A stretch of DNA of 64,000 nucleotides, from contig CAWCKJ010000002.1 of the NCBI GenBank assembly GCA_963796105.1, forward strand, positions 96,001 to 160,000, read 5' to 3'. This stretch comes from a candidate division FCPU426 bacterium (GTDB lineage Bacteria > Oederibacteriota > Muellerivitia > Muellerivitales > Muellerivitaceae). Position 1 is the first letter of the stretch, and the number at the start of each line of letters is the position of its first letter. This document shows, in pieces, positions 8,361 through 18,646 of the stretch. A program made the translations under genes and the position numbers. Under the pieces are notes generated by a model, which had not been told where the DNA came from, made no database searches, and worked only from the letters and a program-made list of their open reading frames with translations.

Positions 8361-11300
8361 TTAATGAATAACCGCGACTTTCCCGCTGAAAATTCGTGAT
8401 CCCGCTTGAACCCTATAGATGTAAACCCCCGTCGCGACAGGTGTCCCGGAGTTGTTCCGTAGGTCCCATTCCATCTCGTTCAAGCCCGGGTTTCCGGAGA
8501 TATCTGCGGAATAGACCAACTCACCCACAATGGAATAAATGGCAAGCTTAATGGGTGTCGATTGGCCCGTGAGCATCACCCTGAATTGGATGGGTGTCCC
8601 ATCCTGGGAAATGTTCGGCCATGCCGCGGCTGAATCAGAAGTGGGGAGCGGGGGAGTGGGGTTGGGAGTGGGTGTCAGGGTCATGGCCGGGGTGGGCGTG
8701 GGTTTGGAGCCAAGGACCACGTTCATGATCTTATCCGCCGTGCCGGGTTTATATTCTTCCACGACGGTGGTGCCGCAATCCACCGCGTACAAGTCCCCGG
8801 CGGGATCGAACGAAAGACAGCTGGGGTTGCGAAAATCCAGGACACCTCCGTCTATTTCCCCCGAGTAGGCCCCGGTGTTCGAGGCGTAAACCACCCGGTT
8901 GTTGTCCCAGTCGGAAATGAATAGGTTATTGTTGGAATCCACCACGATCCCGGCGCTGTAGGTCCCCAGGACCTGGGCCCAGCCGGTGCCGTTGAATGAG
9001 CCCTGCGAAACGTATGAGGAATTGTAAGAGGTGATGGAGGTTCCCGGCTCGAGGTAGTTGTCCACATAGAAGTTGCCGCTGGAGTCCATCGCCGCGTCCT
9101 GCGGGTAAACCCCCGGGCCCGCCGGGATGATATTCGATCCGGTCCCATCGACCCATTTCAAAAGCCAAACGCCGGTGTCGTCGGCGATCACCAATCGCTC
9201 GTTCATCCCGCTTCCATTAATCCTTACACTATTGGGTAATACGCAGTCTTCCTCACCGTTCCAAGTGTAATCGCTAACGGCCCCGCTGGGACCCAGGATA
9301 TAACCCACCACCCCCGTGCCGTACTCGGGAACATAAAGCTCGCCATCTGTATCCAGCGCCATATTGCCGAGATAACCCCCGTTAGTGGTGATGGTATAGA
9401 GTGAATTGCCATTGATGTCGTAAACGAAGATATCACCGTTCGCGTCCCCGTCATTCACCGCGATGTAATAAGCCCCGTCGGTCGTCACGCTCCAGGGGTT
9501 GATGTCCCCGTCGAACCCGGAGGGGACGTAATCGGCCGTCAGGTTCCAGCCGGCCAGTTGCTGGGGGGGCGTCGGCGTAGGGGTGAGGGTGTTGACGGTC
9601 ATGGACGTGTACCAGACGTCGTTTAAGGCCGTTGAACCGGTGTACCCGCCCAGGGTCCACATCCTGTTGTTGAAAACAACGGCGCTATTGGAATCCCTCG
9701 GCGGGAAAGCGGCCGAGGCGTTGACCTCGTTCCATTGGTTCCCGTCCGTGGAATTCCAGACGTCGTTTGAAGGCGTACCCCAGTCCTGCCCGCCGATCAA
9801 CCACATGGCGCCGTTATAAACGAGGGATGGAAATGAGTCCTTTTTTCCGAACGCGGAAATTTGGGAGACTTGGGTCCAACTGACCCCGTTGGAGGAGGAC
9901 CAAACATCCTCGAAACCCTGGCCCCCGGCTACCCACATTTTTCCGGCGTAAACAAACGCGGAGGCGAAAGCCCTGGCGGCAAAATTGGCGCTGGCGGTGG
10001 CCTCGGTCCAGTTGACGCCGTCTGGGGAATACCAAACATCATTCAGAAAACCGCTGAGGCCCCACCCTCCGATCACCCACATCTTGCCCGTCGCGGTCCC
10101 GTCCGCGGGATTGTAAACCACCCCGCAATGGCCGAACCTGGCGGGAAAGGCTGCGTTGGTAGTGGCGGACGACCAATTGGCGCCGTCCGGGGAATACCAA
10201 ACGTCTTTCTGGCAGGTAGCGTTTGCTAACCCGCCGATCACCCACATTTTGCCGGTCGCGGTCCCGTCGGCTGGGTTGAAAACCTCGGAGGTATGATCGG
10301 CCCTGGGGCTGAACGCGGCGTTGGTAGTGGCGGCCGACCAGTTGGTCCCGTCCGGGGAATACCAGGCGTCGTTCATCGCGTTGCCTGAATTGCCCCCGCC
10401 GCCGATCACCCACATCTCGCCCGTCTGGGTCCCGTCGGAGGGGTTGTAAACCACCGAGCTATGGCCGTTCCTGGCGGGGAAGGCGGCGTTGAGCGTGGCC
10501 GGGCTCCAGCAGTAGCCCGTGATGGAAGAGGAGCAGGTGGGCGTAGAGGTCGGAGTGGAGGTGGGGGTGTTGGTTGGGGTGTAAGTGTAAGAAAAGGTAT
10601 AAGTAGGTGTGGGTGTCCAGGTAAAGGTCGGGGTGGGAGTCAAGGTAGGGGTCGGGGGCAGGGCGTTTGAATGCCAAACGTCGTTCAGGTAGGGAGTGGT
10701 TAGGTTTCCATCCCAGCCGCCCAGGACCCACATGGCCGGTCCGGACCCATTGTCGAACGTCACTCCGCTCATGCCGGCGCGCGGGGGGAAAGGCGCCGAG
10801 GAGGTAGCCTCTGTCCAGTTGGCCCCGTCGCCGGAGCTCCAGACGTCGTTGTTCTCGGGGCTTGATAGTCCGGTTCCGCCTATGACCCACATTAAACCGT
10901 TATAAACCATGCAAGCGTCGCTGTACCTGAACCCGAAGCCTGGAGAGGAGGTGGCCAGGGTCCAATGGACGCCGTCGGTAGTTGACCATACGTCGCTGGT
11001 GGCCGCGCTTCCCCCGATGACCCACAGCCTTCCACCGTAAACCAGGGCCGAGGCCCAGGATCTCGGGGTGAACGGCGCGTTGGCGGTGGCCTGCGTCCAG
11101 TTGGCGCCGTCGCTGGAGTACCAGACGTCGTTCGCGAAACCGTTTGCCGTGTAGCCCCCGATGATCCACATTTTTCCCGAGGCGGTCCCGTTGACCGGGT
11201 TGAAAACGGCGCTGCACATGCCCCAGCGGCCGGAAAAGGCGGCGTTGGGGGTGGCGGGGTTCCAGTTGATGCCGTCGGTGGAGTACCAGGCATCGTTGGC

Positions 11301-12455
11301 ATAGGCCCCGGAAGAAAGTTGCCCCCCGATCACCCACATCCTGCCCGTCGCGGTCCCGTTTGAGGGGTTGAAAACCACCGAGGCGTGGCCCACCCGGGGG
11401 GAGAAGGCCGCGTTGGCGGTGGCGGGAATCCAGATATCTCCATTCGAGGAATAATAAACGTCATTTAAAAAAGAGGGGGCCGTGCCGTATTGTCCGCCGA
11501 TCACCCACATCTTGCCCGTTTGGGTCCCGTTGGCGGGGTTGAAAACCACCGAGCTATGTCCGGTCCTGGTCCGGAAGGCCGCGTTGGCCGTGGACTCGGT
11601 CCAGCAGGAGCCCAGGACGGACGTGGAACAGGTGGGCGTGTTGGTGATTATGGGGGTAGGGGTTGGCGTATTGGTGCTGGTTGTGTCATTGTCAGAGAGA
11701 ATCTCGATGCCCTGGTAGTCGGCCGTATTAGCTGAGCTTAACGCATAGGTCGGGAAATAGGTTCCGGGTGACGGGGCGGGCATTTCGTCGCCTTCGCTCA
11801 CCTTAGGCATCGGTTGTGCCCATCTTCTGGTTTGTCCCGTGCCCGCCACGATGCTGACCGTGGGATTGGTATTGCCCTGCATGCACATGGAAGCGATGAG
11901 GCTATTGTAGTAGAGGGTGTTGTCCGTAAAGGTCTGGGTCGTATTCGCGGGATTTGAGTAAAAAGTAGTCGCGCCATAAGGGGTGGTTTGGTTCACGTAT
12001 TGGTAGCAAAGAACAGCCATATCCAGGTATGCGCTTGCGCTGATAATGACCGTCACGGTATTGGTACCAACCGCGGGATTGACCAGGTACCAGGTTTCCA
12101 TGGAATCGCCATTGGGCGGGTCAGAATCCCTTCGGATCAAGCTGAAGGGAGTTGTGTTATAAGTCGCGGAAGTGACTGAAACGGCCGAATCGAAGATGGC
12201 GACCTGCAGGAGCAAAAGGGTATCGGTTCCGCTGGGGGATATGTTGGCCCGAAAAGTTGCGGCCTCGGTAGTCCCAGTTCCACCTTCGGTTACGTAAGCA
12301 GGTGAGGTTTGGGCCTGGAGGGAAAAGGGAAGGGACAAAAACAAAATGAATAATGCGAAATGGATCAACAGGAATGGGGAATGAAAAAAATCATTCCGCT
12401 TAAGCAAGGGAACGGTCAATCGGCTCATACAACCTCGCTGTATCTTCATAAACAT
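8361..12455 (-). CDS. Large secreted protein: two kelch-like propeller blocks, Thr/Pro linkers, NHL-like propeller, C-terminal FlgD-Ig-like domain
   Basis: Repeated MWVIGG...NDVWYS.DG.NW...A.F.R motifs, TPTPTP linkers, C-terminal IYSIVGELV...WDLRNNSG.PVATGVYIY. Confidence 0.85.
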   Translation of the reverse strand: MFMKIQRGCMSRLTVPLLKRNDFFHSPFLLIHFALFILFLSLPFSLQAQTSPAYVTEGGTGTTEAATFRANISPSGTDTLLLLQVAIFDSAVSVTSATYNTTPFSLIRRDSDPPNGDSMETWYLVNPAVGTNTVTVIISASAYLDMAVLCYQYVNQTTPYGATTFYSNPANTTQTFTDNTLYYNSLIASMCMQGNTNPTVSIVAGTGQTRRWAQPMPKVSEGDEMPAPSPGTYFPTYALSSANTADYQGIEILSDNDTTSTNTPTPTPIITNTPTCSTSVLGSCWTESTANAAFRTRTGHSSVVFNPANGTQTGKMWVIGGQYGTAPSFLNDVYYSSNGDIWIPATANAAFSPRVGHASVVFNPSNGTATGRMWVIGGQLSSGAYANDAWYSTDGINWNPATPNAAFSGRWGMCSAVFNPVNGTASGKMWIIGGYTANGFANDVWYSSDGANWTQATANAPFTPRSWASALVYGGRLWVIGGSAATSDVWSTTDGVHWTLATSSPGFGFRYSDACMVYNGLMWVIGGTGLSSPENNDVWSSGDGANWTEATSSAPFPPRAGMSGVTFDNGSGPAMWVLGGWDGNLTTPYLNDVWHSNALPPTPTLTPTPTFTWTPTPTYTFSYTYTPTNTPTSTPTSTPTCSSSITGYCWSPATLNAAFPARNGHSSVVYNPSDGTQTGEMWVIGGGGNSGNAMNDAWYSPDGTNWSAATTNAAFSPRADHTSEVFNPADGTATGKMWVIGGLANATCQKDVWYSPDGANWSSATTNAAFPARFGHCGVVYNPADGTATGKMWVIGGWGLSGFLNDVWYSPDGVNWTEATASANFAARAFASAFVYAGKMWVAGGQGFEDVWSSSNGVSWTQVSQISAFGKKDSFPSLVYNGAMWLIGGQDWGTPSNDVWNSTDGNQWNEVNASAAFPPRDSNSAVVFNNRMWTLGGYTGSTALNDVWYTSMTVNTLTPTPTPPQQLAGWNLTADYVPSGFDGDINPWSVTTDGAYYIAVNDGDANGDIFVYDINGNSLYTITTNGGYLGNMALDTDGELYVPEYGTGVVGYILGPSGAVSDYTWNGEEDCVLPNSVRINGSGMNERLVIADDTGVWLLKWVDGTGSNIIPAGPGVYPQDAAMDSSGNFYVDNYLEPGTSITSYNSSYVSQGSFNGTGWAQVLGTYSAGIVVDSNNNLFISDWDNNRVVYASNTGAYSGEIDGGVLDFRNPSCLSFDPAGDLYAVDCGTTVVEEYKPGTADKIMNVVLGSKPTPTPAMTLTPTPNPTPPLPTSDSAAAWPNISQDGTPIQFRVMLTGQSTPIKLAIYSIVGELVYSADISGNPGLNEMEWDLRNNSGTPVATGVYIYRVQAGSRIFSGKVAVIH

Positions 12456-12930
12456 CGTTCAGATTAGAATACGGACAGTTGCGACTTAATGTTTAAAGTG
12501 TAAACCCGGATGGTGTTTTATGCAATTTGCCGGAAGGGGGCTATATAAAGGGTTTTAGGGGCATTTCAGGTTTTTGTAGAAGCTGAGCCTCTGAATACTC
12601 TTTGGTTAAATAAGTTTGTAATTGGTTTAATTTTTAATTGTTCATTTTTCATTGCCGTATTGGTGCCTTTGATTTTCCATTGTTCATAGTACATTTTTCA
12701 TTATGTTCACCTGCGTCCCTGTGGTGAGAGGTAGTCTTTGATACTGTGGTTTCGAAGAAACCTGTGTTTTGGCCTTTGGTTATCTGTATTTGTTGCTTTT
12801 GAAGTTATTTAAAAGGACCCAATTGAAGTTGTTATCGTGGTTCTGAAAGAAACCGTGGTGAGATGGCCGTTGCCTGAAATTCAACATTCAAAATTCATAA
12901 TTTAAAATTCGCGTTCTTTGGTTTTTCGCG

Positions 12931-15114
12931 TTAGTGGAATGCCACGATGCGGTAGTTGTACTTGTCCAAAACGTAGAAGGTGCCGGCCCCGTCCGTGGCG
13001 ACGTCGCTGATCCCGGTGGCCAGATTACCCGACCCGAATTGGCCGGTCACGGTCCCGGAAGGATTGAATTCCCAGACCATGGCGTTGTTGTTGTCCGAGG
13101 CGTAAACGTTGCCGGAGGGGTCCGTCGTGACGCCGGTGGGGTAAAAGCCGGGGGAAAGTCCAGGTATCGTGAGGGTGTTGAGATGGGTCCCGGTCGGGCT
13201 GAATTCCATGACGCCAAAACCATTATTAGCCCCCCAAATATTGTTGCCGGCGTCCATGGCCAGGTTATAGGAGCCCCCGCAGAAGAGGCAGGTATAGGCG
13301 GTGAGGGCGGTATAGGTGGTTCCGCTGATGGAATAGGAGATGAATTCGGCGTAATAAGGGACTGAAACGTAAAGGGTCGTTCCCGCGTCGTTGACGGCCA
13401 AGCCCGCTGAGTATTTAGTGAGGGCGAAAGAGGCCAGGTAGGCGCCGGACGGGTTGAAGACAACCCCCAGGTTGTTGCCGCCGTCCACGACGTAAATGTT
13501 GCCGGTCGTGGGGTCCAGCCCCACGCCCTGCGGCGAGTAAAAGGTGCTGCCTCCGTTGTAGGTGGTGATGGTCGTCACGGGGCTGGTGCCGTTCGTCGCC
13601 CATTCCTGGAGGTTGTTGTTGTACTCATCAGAGACCCAGAGGTGGCCGTTCGTGTATTGGATCCCGTAGAGGCCGTTAAAATAGGAGCCGGACCCGAGGG
13701 TGGCGAAGGCGCTGAGGGAATTGGTGGGCGTGCTCGTGGCGGTATTGGTGGCGGTCGGGGTCGGGGTGAAGGTCGGGGACGGCGTGGGGGAGCCGGTGGG
13801 CGTATTGGTCGGGGTGGGGGTGCTGGTGGGGGTCGGGGTGGAAGTGGCGGTGAAAGTCGCGGTCGGCACCAGGACCGAGTGGGTGTTTCCGTTGATGGGC
13901 CCGCCGATAACCGTCGCGGGGGTTCCCGTTTGCGCGCCCACTGCCGAAATCGTTTCCGCGCTGACAGAGTTGTCAAAGGACGCGTTCCCGGAGGCATCCA
14001 GGCTGAAAACCAGAAGCAGGGTCTGCGGTGTTCCTGGCGAAACCTCCAAAAGGCCCCCGGCTTTGGTGAAAGTCACGGCGCCGCTGGTGAAGGTTCCCCA
14101 GGCCAGGGCGGTCCCGCCGCCCGTGTACAAACCGTTCGCGCCGGAGTCATCCCCGCTTGCGCCGGTATCCTGGTACAAGCTCACGCTGTTGGCTGTCACA
14201 TCCGCGCCGGTCAAAGAGCCCTCCAGGCCGAAGGCGATCTGATTTATCGAGACAGGCTCCTGGCCGAGAACCTTCAAGACGACCTGGATTCCCGTCACAT
14301 CCGCCTGGCTGGTGAGGTAGTTTTGGGACGCCGGATCGCCGTTCCAGGCAAGGATCAGCTTGGGCTGGGGCGTGGGAGTCACGGTGGGAGTTTCAGTGGG
14401 TGTAGGCGTCTGGGTCGGCGAGTCGGTGGATGTGGGGGTGGAAGTATTCGTAATGGTATTTGTCCAGGTGGGCGTTGGCGTCATCGAATCCGTGGGAGTC
14501 CAAGTAGGAGTTAGGAATGTGGAGGTAGGAGTTGTTGAAGGGGTGTAGGTCAGGGTGCCGGGAGGGAAAGTCGGCGAGTAGGTCGGGGTTTCCAGGATCG
14601 TCACGGGCGTGTCCGTAAAAGTCAAAGTAGGAGTTAGGAACGTGGAGGTAGGAGTTGTAGTAGGCGTGTAGGTCAGGGTGCCGGGCGGGAAAGTCGGCGT
14701 ATAGGTTTCAGTCACCAATACGGTCACGGGAGTGTCCGTAGAAGTCAAAGTAGGAGTCAGGAATGTGGGAGTAGGAGTTTCGGAAGGCGTGGCTGTCAGG
14801 GTGCCGGGCGGGAAGGTGCGGGTGTAGGTCGGTGTTTCCAGGATGGTCACGGGGGTGTCGGTCGGCACGGGAGTGTCCGTGGAAGTCAAAGTAGGAGTCA
14901 GGAATGTTGAAGTTGGGGTCGCGGAAGGCGTGGCAGTCAAGGTGCCGGGGGGAAAGGTGGGGGAGGGGGTGGCTGTCACGAGGATGGTGACAGGCTGGGT
15001 GACTGTGACGGGGGAGGAGGGCCCGGCGGTATTGTTCGAGCATCCGGTGGGGAACAGCGATAAAAAGGACGAAAGAACCAAGACGCAGCATGGAATATAA
15101 ATGGAACGGCTCAT
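12931..15114 (-). CDS. Lipoprotein with Thr/Pro-rich tandem repeats and NHL-repeat propeller
   Basis: Lipobox-like FPTGC; four PTFPPGTLT repeats; P.GV..D..GN.YV.D..N repeats. Confidence 0.85.
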   Translation of the reverse strand: MSRSIYIPCCVLVLSSFLSLFPTGCSNNTAGPSSPVTVTQPVTILVTATPSPTFPPGTLTATPSATPTSTFLTPTLTSTDTPVPTDTPVTILETPTYTRTFPPGTLTATPSETPTPTFLTPTLTSTDTPVTVLVTETYTPTFPPGTLTYTPTTTPTSTFLTPTLTFTDTPVTILETPTYSPTFPPGTLTYTPSTTPTSTFLTPTWTPTDSMTPTPTWTNTITNTSTPTSTDSPTQTPTPTETPTVTPTPQPKLILAWNGDPASQNYLTSQADVTGIQVVLKVLGQEPVSINQIAFGLEGSLTGADVTANSVSLYQDTGASGDDSGANGLYTGGGTALAWGTFTSGAVTFTKAGGLLEVSPGTPQTLLLVFSLDASGNASFDNSVSAETISAVGAQTGTPATVIGGPINGNTHSVLVPTATFTATSTPTPTSTPTPTNTPTGSPTPSPTFTPTPTATNTATSTPTNSLSAFATLGSGSYFNGLYGIQYTNGHLWVSDEYNNNLQEWATNGTSPVTTITTYNGGSTFYSPQGVGLDPTTGNIYVVDGGNNLGVVFNPSGAYLASFALTKYSAGLAVNDAGTTLYVSVPYYAEFISYSISGTTYTALTAYTCLFCGGSYNLAMDAGNNIWGANNGFGVMEFSPTGTHLNTLTIPGLSPGFYPTGVTTDPSGNVYASDNNNAMVWEFNPSGTVTGQFGSGNLATGISDVATDGAGTFYVLDKYNYRIVAFH

Positions 15115-15383
15115 GACTTGTCTCCCCTGGAAGAAGGTTATGCATCGCGGGGGAGAAGGTCAACAAGGTAAAACGAATAATGGGGGGCTTTTATATGAAG
15201 AGTTACTTTAGGTAATGGGCAGTCATGCGTTGTATTCATTTTCCATCGTACGTTGTTCGTTGCCCTATCGCGGTGCGGGAGATCTGGCCCCTTTGTCTTT
15301 GTACAAATAGTATGTAACCTCTGAAAAAGTCGGCCATCGCCTCCTTTTTCAGAAAACAAATTATGGAAACCCCACGATTTCCT

Positions 15384-15444
15384 GCGGAAATCTTTGGGGT
15401 CGAAACCTCTGTTGGTCGCTTTTAATAGTTTTTCAGAGGTTTCA
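15384..15444 (-). repeat. About 61-bp hairpin repeat; second copy at 31026-31087
   Basis: GAAACCTCTG-loop-CAGAGGTTTCGACCCCAAAGATTTCCGC in both copies; loops differ. Confidence 0.75.
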
Positions 15445-15561
15445 GTATTACTAAATGTACATATCAATCTCAGGGGAACGGCTGATTCCAGGCCCGTCTT
15501 GCGCCGGGGCTTTCTGGGGTGGTTTAGATTGGGGCGGCCGCTTCCATCACGGCTGGATCGT

Positions 15562-15586
15562 TAATATAAAATGAAGACTTGACCCC
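15562..15586 (-). repeat. Solo terminal repeat of the Y1 element at 2702-3700
   Basis: taatataaaatgaagacttgacccc, one mismatch to 3676-3700, same AATG flank. Confidence 0.85.
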
Positions 15587-15628
15587 AATGGTAAGAGTTC
15601 CCGGGCCTGCCCCGAGCTTGTCGAGGGG

Positions 15629-16219
15629 TTATCGGACCCTATATATCGCCCTGGGTTCCTCCAAATATCCGATCCGGTGCTTGGGCTTCTCGGGCACTTT
15701 CATCAGCTCCCTTAAGGCATCGAAAACAGCCTGGATTTTCGCATCCTGGGAACCCACCTTTTTCTCTAAAGCCTCCAGTTTTCGGGCCAAGTCCTTATGA
15801 ACCGCCAATGCTTCCCGCAGACGCACGAAAGCGCGCACGACAAACACACTCATTCGAACGGCCTGTTTGCTATTGAGGACATTGGCCGCCATTAGTGCGC
15901 CATGCTCGGTAAAAGCCCAGGGAAGGAATTTTCGGTGCTTTCCACGTCCGCTTTTTAAGGTCGCAAATTGCGACCTTAAAGGCTCAATTCGAGTTTTCAA
16001 GTACGACAACTCTTGGGTGGTCAGTTGGAAAGAGAAATCTTGCGGAAAACGTGCTTTGTTGCGCCGCACTTGTTCATTCAGCCGTTTCGTCAGAACGCCG
16101 TAAACACGGGCAAGGTCGGAATCCAATATGACCTTTTGACCGCGAATGATGAGAATCAATCCCTCGACAACAGCCGGAACCTTATATTCACCTTGGACTT
16201 CCGTCATAAACATCTCCAT
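15629..16219 (-). CDS. ORF6N-domain DNA-binding protein
   Basis: IRGQKVILDSDLARVYGV, RNKARFPQDFSFQL, AFTEHGALMAANVLNS, IGY tail. Confidence 0.9.
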   Translation of the reverse strand: MEMFMTEVQGEYKVPAVVEGLILIIRGQKVILDSDLARVYGVLTKRLNEQVRRNKARFPQDFSFQLTTQELSYLKTRIEPLRSQFATLKSGRGKHRKFLPWAFTEHGALMAANVLNSKQAVRMSVFVVRAFVRLREALAVHKDLARKLEALEKKVGSQDAKIQAVFDALRELMKVPEKPKHRIGYLEEPRAIYRVR

Positions 16220-16549
16220 ATTTTGAATTTATATTTTTAATCAGTTAAAAGGGTGCTCCATCTTGAATGTCTTTTGGGCCATATCCCGTTCTAGTGCGAC
16301 ATCGGATGGTTGGTATTTTAAAACCGGGAATTATGGGAGTGAAACAAAAAAAGACCCAAAACGGGTAATAGTTTGCATTGGCCTTAAATCTAGTTAGAAA
16401 AGGCGCAAGAGGATTAGGATTTTGCAGTGTTCTGGTTGGCTGAAAAAAAGTAAGGTTTTTTGGCCCTCAATTTCTAATTTCTAACGGCTAACTCCTAATT
16501 CATTCTGTTATGAATGTCTTGGCGTATTTATTAGGCGGAAAAAGGGGAG

Positions 16550-16795
16550 GTGAATTATCCAACTAGAACCCTGTACAAGATCGCCGATGCCCTGGGATGC
16601 GACGTAACTGATCTCTTTACCGGCTGCCAAGGCCCCGGGCTTGCCCGGGGGCCTAGCCGTGTACTTGGGCGGGATTCCATGCCCGGCCCAAGTGGCGACC
16701 CGAAGGGTCGTCCCTTGATAAAACCCACCACAGATCGGCCCGCTCCGGGGCATTCTTCCAAGAAACCAAAACCCAAAAAACACGTATTACCGTGA
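16550..16795 (+). pseudogene. XRE-type HTH C-terminal remnant with in-frame element E insertion
   Basis: NYPTRTLYKIADALGCDVTDLF; N-terminal helices absent; 99-bp insert at 16621-16719. Confidence 0.6.
16621..16719 (+). mobile_element. Element E: 99-bp non-autonomous IS200/IS605-like palindromic element
   Basis: Starts cggctgcc after TTTAC, three hairpins, ends gtcccttgat; homologues at 26978-27073 and 61121-61219. Confidence 0.75.
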
Positions 16796-16812
16796 TTTCG
16801 AAGAAACCTGTG

Positions 16813-17343
16813 CCAATCTTCCATAAAGATTAAATGGAGATTGGTACGATACCAGCCACCCTATTAGTTTTATGGAGGGCTGGCATGTGCCAATCTTCCA
16901 TAAAGATTAAATGGAGATTGGTACGATACCAGCCACCCTATTAGTTTTATGGAGGGCTGGCATGTGCCAATCTTCCATTAAGCATATGTGGAGATTGGTA
17001 CGATACCAGCCACCTATTAGTTTTATGGAGGGCTGGCATGTGCCAATCTTCCATTAAGCATATGTGGAGATTGGTACGATACCAGCCACCTATTAGTTTT
17101 ATGGAGGGCTGGCATGTGCCAATCTTCCATAAAGATTAAATGGAGATTGGTACGATACCAGCCACCCTATTAGTTTTATGGAGGGCTGGCATGTGCCAAT
17201 CTTCCATTAAGCATATGTGGAGATTGGTACGATACCAGCCACCTATTAGTTTTATGGAGGGCTGGCATGTGCCAATCTTCCATTAAGCATATGTGGAGAT
17301 TGGTACGATACCAGCCACCTATTAGTTTTATGGAGGGCTGGCA
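16813..17343 (+). repeat. Tandem array of 7 element A units (76/77 bp, two variants in order 1-1-2-2-1-2-2)
   Basis: TGCCAATCTT starts at 16811, 16888, 16965, 17041, 17117, 17194 and 17270. Confidence 0.95.
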
Positions 17344-17375
17344 TGTTGGTGTGCGCCCCAAACCTTGGACAGTTT

Positions 17376-18212
17376 TTACTCCAAGTTGAGAATAGGTTTT
17401 CCGGCGATTGGTTTGAGTGACTTTAAAGCCTCGAACTCCTCAGGCGGCATGTAGCCGATAGAAGAATGCAACCGTTTTTTGTTATACACCTCCTCGATGA
17501 AGTATGGAAGTCTTTGAAGCACTTCCTGATAAGTTTCGTAATTGAATAGATGCACCTCCTCATATTTCAAGGTTTTGAAAAAGGATTCCGCATTTGCATT
17601 GTCGTAAGGGTTGCCTGTCCTGGACATGCTGATCCTTAATCCTTTGGACTCAAGCAGGGCCACGTAATCCCAGCAGGCATATTGCACCCCTCTGTCTGAA
17701 TGGTGGATGCATCCCGGAAGAGGATTCCTTTCCTCTAAAGCCATGCGTAAAGCCGAAAGCGACAACTCCCGATCCAGTCTCTTGGAAACCGCCCACCCGA
17801 TCACCTTTCTGGAAAAACGATCCAGAATGGCCGCCAGATAAACAAAGCAAGTGAGGATTCGGATATAGGTAATATCCGCCACCCACACTTGATTGACAGC
17901 AGTTTCTGCCACCCTTTCCAAGAGGTTGGGGAACACCGGCAGGTCGTGATTGGATTGGGTGGTTTGGATCTTGAACCTTTTCCCCCAAATAATAGGGTAA
18001 AGACCGTATTTCCTTACCACCCGCCGAATCCGTTTGGCGTTAATCCTTAATCCCTCCCGTAAAAAGTGGTGGTAGAGCCTCCGATAGCCGTAGTAGGGGA
18101 AGGTCAATCTCACCTGCTCGATTCGGTTCTTTAAGTCCAAATCTCTTTGTTCCTGAATCTCCGGTTCACTTTTAAGTGCAGAATAATAGGTACTTCGAGG
18201 AAGCCCCATCAT
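17376..18212 (-). CDS. IS3 transposase OrfB (DDE)
   Basis: YGYRR, WVADITYI, HHSDRGVQY, DNANAESFFKTLK, RLHSSIGY. Confidence 0.95.
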   Translation of the reverse strand: MMGLPRSTYYSALKSEPEIQEQRDLDLKNRIEQVRLTFPYYGYRRLYHHFLREGLRINAKRIRRVVRKYGLYPIIWGKRFKIQTTQSNHDLPVFPNLLERVAETAVNQVWVADITYIRILTCFVYLAAILDRFSRKVIGWAVSKRLDRELSLSALRMALEERNPLPGCIHHSDRGVQYACWDYVALLESKGLRISMSRTGNPYDNANAESFFKTLKYEEVHLFNYETYQEVLQRLPYFIEEVYNKKRLHSSIGYMPPEEFEALKSLKPIAGKPILNLE

Positions 18213-18556
18213 TTGGCATCCTCTTGAAATTGAGCCAAATTCCTTGAGGTGATCACGGAGGTATCGAGCTTTCTCTGGTTTTCCGCGTATTTTTGGAATT
18301 TTTTTAAAAGGTCTATCGCCATGATCAATTCCCCAATCTTGGCTTTGAGTTTCTCATTCTCTTTTTCCAAGGCTTTTTCACGGGGGGAAGGCTTTTCAAC
18401 CAGTGATCCTTGGCGAAATTTATCCCGCCAATTCTTTATGACGCTAGGGTCGATTTGATATTGGCGTGCGGCCCCATTAATGGACTGGCCAGACTCTATT
18501 TCCCGAACAACCTGTTGTTTGAAATCAACACTGAATTTTCGTCGTATTTTACCCAT
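18209..18556 (-). CDS. IS3 transposase OrfA (HTH plus leucine zipper)
   Basis: RRKFSVDFKQQVV...AARQYQI...W; overlaps OrfB by ATGA. Confidence 0.9.
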   Translation of the reverse strand: MGKIRRKFSVDFKQQVVREIESGQSINGAARQYQIDPSVIKNWRDKFRQGSLVEKPSPREKALEKENEKLKAKIGELIMAIDLLKKFQKYAENQRKLDTSVITSRNLAQFQEDAK

Positions 18557-18646
18557 CTGGAAACGCTCCTTTGGGGGGCTACCCCTTGAGCCGTTTCCCT
18601 ATTCTCTATTTTTTGCTTCAACTGTCCAACCTAAGGGCGCATACCA

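Larger units (their letters stand above)
17347..18646 (-). mobile_element. IS3-family insertion sequence
   Basis: Imperfect IRs tggtgtgcgccccaaaccttggacagt / actgtccaacctaagggcgcatacca; orfA plus orfB; no TSD visible. Confidence 0.9.

Noticed and set aside
15629..16219. Prophage inferred from ORF6N genes
   Set aside because: No structural, terminase or integrase genes nearby
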